Made by a program: the position numbers and the translations under genes. Positions 60,571-64,000 of a stretch of 64,000 nucleotides of DNA are shown here, one piece after another. The notes under the pieces are model-generated. The model saw only the letters and a list, made by a program, of their open reading frames with translations. It was not told where the DNA came from and made no database searches. Origin of the DNA: Candidatus Marinacidobacterales bacterium (GTDB lineage Bacteria; Acidobacteriota; Vicinamibacteria; Marinacidobacterales; SMYC01). The stretch's first letter is position 1, and every line of letters starts with the position of its first letter. The DNA lies in the NCBI GenBank assembly GCA_965224085.1, contig CBDCYI010000004.1:1248001-1312000 (forward strand). The letters run 5' to 3'.

Positions 60571-61657
60571 TGCCTTGGTGCACAACTCCGATAGAGGCCG
60601 AGAGCTCGCTTGGCCCCGACTCCCATCATCCGATCATCTCGCTATCAGGCATCCCGAGCGCCGTCATGGTGTTGAGAATCTTGCACCCGATCCTTGCCTC
60701 GACTCTCTGTGCCGCCAACCCTCTCGCTCGCATCGCTGAGCCCACGATAGCCTTGTAGCGATGGAACGTTGTCTCGACTTTGCTCCGTTTGCTGTAGCCC
60801 GATTCTGTGTGCCACTTTCGTTTGCCGAGCCGAGCTTGTGCTGCAATGTTGCGATTGCGCTGTCGGCTGCTCGCCGGCCCCGATGCGAGCAGGGCGCCCT
60901 TGCGCGGCGGTATCAGCACCCTCGGCGAGCGATGAGCGCTGTGATTCTCGATTGCCTCATAGACGCCGCTGGCGTCGTATGCGGTGTCAGCTCTGGCCGA
61001 TGAGATGGGACTGTCGCTCTGTCCGACAAGCGATGCAACCCGCGATGAATCGCGGGCTCTTTTGCTCGTCAGCTCGCCGGCGACGACTTCGCCACTCTGC
61101 TCGTCGACACACAGATGGAGCTTGCGATAGTCCCTGCTATTTGGTGCTCTGCGCAGCTGGCCGGCGTGGACAGCGAGACCGCTGCTGTCGATCAAGATGT
61201 GCAACGGCGTCTTCTGCTTGTCTTGGTAGAAGGGGACCTTACCCAGCTTCGCCTTGCGCCTCGAGATCGTGGTGTGATCGGGCACATCATTGTCTAGCTT
61301 CATCAGAGCGAACAACGATCGCAGCAATCCCTCGCTCTGCCTAGACGACAGATGAAACACCATGCCCAGGGTGACAGCCGTCTCGATGGCGTGGTTCGAG
61401 TACTTGCGTTGACGGCCCGGTTTCCTCCTCCTTGGCCGGGGCGCGTCCCAGTTCACAAGCTTGCCGGCGGTGAGCGAGATCCAGACGGTCAGGCTCCCAC
61501 GGTTGCGTAGACCCGCCTCATATTCACGCCAATTCCTCACGCGATAGGCCTTCTTCACATACTTCCGCTGAGTGCGTTTGAAAATGCTCATGGGGAACCT
61601 CGTATCCGCGAGTACAGGACAATTGTGGACCGAGATCGCGAGTTGTGCACCAAGGCA
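60571..61657 (-). mobile_element. IS903-group element, copy 3 (1087 bp, inverted)
   Basis: Same 18-bp IRs; flanks CCTTTTCGT and ACGGATCGG, so no target duplication. Confidence 0.93.
60626..61591 (-). CDS. IS903-group DDE transposase
   Basis: Near-identical to the other two copies. Confidence 0.92.
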   Translation of the reverse strand: MSIFKRTQRKYVKKAYRVRNWREYEAGLRNRGSLTVWISLTAGKLVNWDAPRPRRRKPGRQRKYSNHAIETAVTLGMVFHLSSRQSEGLLRSLFALMKLDNDVPDHTTISRRKAKLGKVPFYQDKQKTPLHILIDSSGLAVHAGQLRRAPNSRDYRKLHLCVDEQSGEVVAGELTSKRARDSSRVASLVGQSDSPISSARADTAYDASGVYEAIENHSAHRSPRVLIPPRKGALLASGPASSRQRNRNIAAQARLGKRKWHTESGYSKRSKVETTFHRYKAIVGSAMRARGLAAQRVEARIGCKILNTMTALGMPDSEMIG

Positions 61658-62465
61658 ACGGATCGGTGTATTTCGATGTTTCCTCCCGAGTCATAAAGGG
61701 CCGATCCGCGAGCTCGATGCGGCGGATCCATTTCACGTTGGAGCTCCCTTCATAGCCAGGAAGAAAGAGCCGGGCTGGATACCCTTGCTCGGGTCGAAGC
61801 GCTTCCCCGTTCTGCCCGTAAGCAATCATCGCATCATCCCAAGCTTTGGACATGGGAATGCTACGCGTCATCACCGCCGCATCCATGGCTTCCGCGAGAA
61901 ACCAGGTTGCTTTCGAGCTCGCGCCCACTTCCTCGAAGAGCGTCGCTAACGGTACGCCGGTCCATTCGCTGGTGCTGGTGAGGCCGTCGGCGTGTTGCGG
62001 CGTCATCTCGCGCCGCCTGCTGTCGAGACGGTAGGAGCGCCCACCGTTTCCCGAGCACTCGAGGAAACGGATCATGGATTTCGCAGGAAAGCGCTTCAAG
62101 TTGGCGAGAGTATAGACGGTCGGTCGTTCCACCATGCCGTGGATCAGAAGCGAATAGTTTTCGGGGTCGATCTCCGGTATACCCGCATGATGCCGCTCGA
62201 AGTGAAGGTCGGACGGAGTGATGATGCCCTCGAGATCCTAGAGTGGCGAGTGAGACGACGTGCGGGTCGAGCGGAACGGGATCCGTTGCGGCTGCTCGTG
62301 CGGCGAGCGCTGGCCGATCTCGCTCGCGAGGCGTCCCTGAACTTTGGTCGGATCCGAGGGCGCGGTCGTCTGGGTGTTGGCTTTGCTGGATAAAACAGCC
62401 GTTCCCAAGACGCCAGCGGCCCCCGCCAGGACCTTGCGTCGACTTACTTTTCTTGATTTCGACAT
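61658..62465 (-). pseudogene. soxC: SoxC-type molybdopterin sulfite/sulfane dehydrogenase with an in-frame TAG and 3' truncation by an IS
   Basis: SRRKVL Tat motif; PL*DLEGIITPSDLHFERHH (TAG at 62238-62240); FLECSGNG, SEWTGV, RPEQGYPARL, NVKW, REETSKYTD. Confidence 0.88.
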
Positions 62466-62526
62466 TTCTCCTCCATAGATCGGCAGCGAGTATAACGCGA
62501 TCGCTATGGTTGCGGATCTGGCTGTG

Positions 62527-62865
62527 CTAATCGGAAGCCAGGCGTCCGAAGAGCGCGATCGTGCTCGTTATCACGGCACCAAAAAGCAAGACGGAGCCAA
62601 CGGCGACCCGATGCATAGCCTTCAACGTCGATTTCAGCTCGCGGATGTCCCTATCGTCGAAGTCGACTTCATCGTACAGGTATTTGGTCGACGGCAGATT
62701 GGTACGCGGCTCGTCGTGCACCTCCCTAACGCGATGGGCGCGCCCCTTGTCCTTCAACAGCTGCCACAGCTCGGGGATGCGGACATTGAATCGCCACACC
62801 AGTTTCACGCAGCTGAGGAACAAAGCAGCGTTCAAAACCACCGCAACGATCAGGGCAGCAGTCAT
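62527..62865 (-). CDS. Hypothetical two-TM membrane protein
   Basis: ATG at 62865 just after the upstream gene; two hydrophobic segments. Confidence 0.5.
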   Translation of the reverse strand: MTAALIVAVVLNAALFLSCVKLVWRFNVRIPELWQLLKDKGRAHRVREVHDEPRTNLPSTKYLYDEVDFDDRDIRELKSTLKAMHRVAVGSVLLFGAVITSTIALFGRLASD

Positions 62866-62881
62866 GACGCTTTCATCGTTG

Positions 62882-63760
62882 TCACTCTGCGGCGGCGCGG
62901 CCGAGTAGATCGAGTAGACGCTTCCAAGCCTGCTGGCTCCCGAGCGCGGCCAAGCGAGCGCCTTCCGGGTCCAAGATCCGCCGGTCGCCCATGCCTGCCT
63001 GCACGAAGCCGTGGCCGACGTCCTCGTAGATGACGGGCTCGAAGCGTTTGCCGGCCGCCGCCATGCCCGCCACTGTGTCCTCGAGCGTCGCGTTGATGCG
63101 GAAATCGTTCTCGCCGTAGAAGCCGTAAACGGGCGCCGTGATCTTCGACAAATTCTCGTCTGCCTGAGCATTGCTCCCGTAGAACACGAAGGTGGCTGCG
63201 AGGAAGCGCGCGTGCGACGCAAAGCGGAACGCTTGCGTGCCGCCCCAGCAGAAACCGACGACGCTGACCGTGGTCGTCGTCGACGCGAGTCCGCGCGCGT
63301 AGCGGACCGCCGCTTCGAGGCGGCGCGTAATCTCGTCGGGGTCGAGCTTCCCCATAGCGCGCCGTACATCATCGGCTTCGTCGAAGCGCACCGGAGTGCC
63401 TACGCGGTGCGCAACATTGCTGGCGAAGCTGTCGCTTGCGCCGCCATCGGGTCCGTGGCCGGAAAGAAGATCAGGCACCACAGCGACGTAGCCGTTTGCC
63501 GCGAGCTCGTCCGCGACCGTTCGAATCCACGGCGTCATGGCGAGGCCCGTGTGGATTACGACGACGGAATCCGTCGCGTGGCTTTGCTCAGGGTAGACGA
63601 CGAAAGACGTCACGGAATCGTCGGATTCGTCAGTATTGGCAGGCACGTCAACATATTCCATGTGCCTCGGCGAGCGCGCGAGCTTCTCGCGGCTCGCGGC
63701 CGTTTGTTCATATGGCGGCGTCTGGATCGCCGCGAGAAGAAACATTGCCAGCCACCGCAT
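62882..63760 (-). CDS. Dienelactone hydrolase family protein (secreted)
   Basis: Signal peptide, GFCWGG, YGENDFR, GHGF. Confidence 0.9.
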   Translation of the reverse strand: MRWLAMFLLAAIQTPPYEQTAASREKLARSPRHMEYVDVPANTDESDDSVTSFVVYPEQSHATDSVVVIHTGLAMTPWIRTVADELAANGYVAVVPDLLSGHGPDGGASDSFASNVAHRVGTPVRFDEADDVRRAMGKLDPDEITRRLEAAVRYARGLASTTTTVSVVGFCWGGTQAFRFASHARFLAATFVFYGSNAQADENLSKITAPVYGFYGENDFRINATLEDTVAGMAAAGKRFEPVIYEDVGHGFVQAGMGDRRILDPEGARLAALGSQQAWKRLLDLLGRAAAE

Positions 63761-63795
63761 TTCACACCTCTCGTGCGCGCCAAGTACCGCTTCGC

Positions 63796-64000
63796 TTAGC
63801 GATCCGCTCCGACGGTCATGGCTGCTTCTTTAGATGTCGTCTTCGCAGCTTCCACAGCGGCCTTAGCGGCCTTTTCTGCGGCGCGCGCTCCCTGGAGGAG
63901 ATTGAACATGCTGTGTTGCCTTCGTGACAGGCATACTCGAACATCGGACCGTCCGTCTTTACCATAGGAATCGCCGCAGACCAAGTTCGCTCGAACGACT
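63796..64000 (-). CDS. 3' end of an unidentified gene running off the window
   Basis: Open frame with an Ala/Lys-rich tail; no family recognised. Confidence 0.3.
   Translation of the reverse strand, partial: VVRANLVCGDSYGKDGRSDVRVCLSRRQHSMFNLLQGARAAEKAAKAAVEAAKTTSKEAAMTVGADR

Noticed and set aside
30405-61657. Composite transposon bounded by IS copies 2 and 3
   Set aside because: The outer flanks (GCTCTGGCG and ACGGATCGG) are not a duplication and the cargo is incoherent.
62238-62240. Pyrrolysine or other recoding of the soxC TAG
   Set aside because: A CAG-to-TAG change is simpler, the gene is also IS-truncated, and TAG is used as a normal stop elsewhere in the window.
1-64000. CRISPR array, tRNA or rRNA genes
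   Set aside because: No repeat-spacer periodicity, cas motifs, cloverleaf or rRNA-like sequence was seen by eye; the long repeats are IS copies.

Overview
High-GC bacterial DNA, most consistent with Acidobacteriota. This is inferred from an ADOP-type permease remnant, S9 peptidases, PQQ-propeller proteins and a YfhO-like gene. A housekeeping block (kbl, rlmN, M16 peptidase, MBL hydrolase, purB-purS-purQ-purL-purF) is intact. The accessory DNA around it is heavily scrambled and full of gene remnants (dnaK, cusA-like, soxC, GT2, DUF1989, S9, CehA/McbA-like, amidohydrolase-3, CotH). Mobile elements are three 1087-bp IS903-group (IS5) copies without target duplications, three IS1634 pieces, an IS1380 remnant, and one full-length IS1111-type (IS110) element whose downstream non-coding RNA visibly carries guides matching its own target and donor sites. 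There are four toxin-antitoxin-like pairs. The best candidate for an uncharacterised system is 49.9-56.2 kb: a VTC polyphosphate polymerase, two DUF4956 membrane proteins, two exported CotH-type kinases and a third kinase remnant. This suggests polyP synthesis and export coupled to extracytoplasmic phosphorylation. Other candidates are an orphan MORC-like GHKL ATPase with an Ig-like domain, a cytochrome c/beta-barrel fusion, a RnfD/UnbU-like Sel1-repeat protein paired with an FGE-domain protein, and a wHTH plus nucleotidyltransferase pair. All family calls come from motifs recognised by eye; no searches were run. No rRNA, tRNA or CRISPR array was seen.
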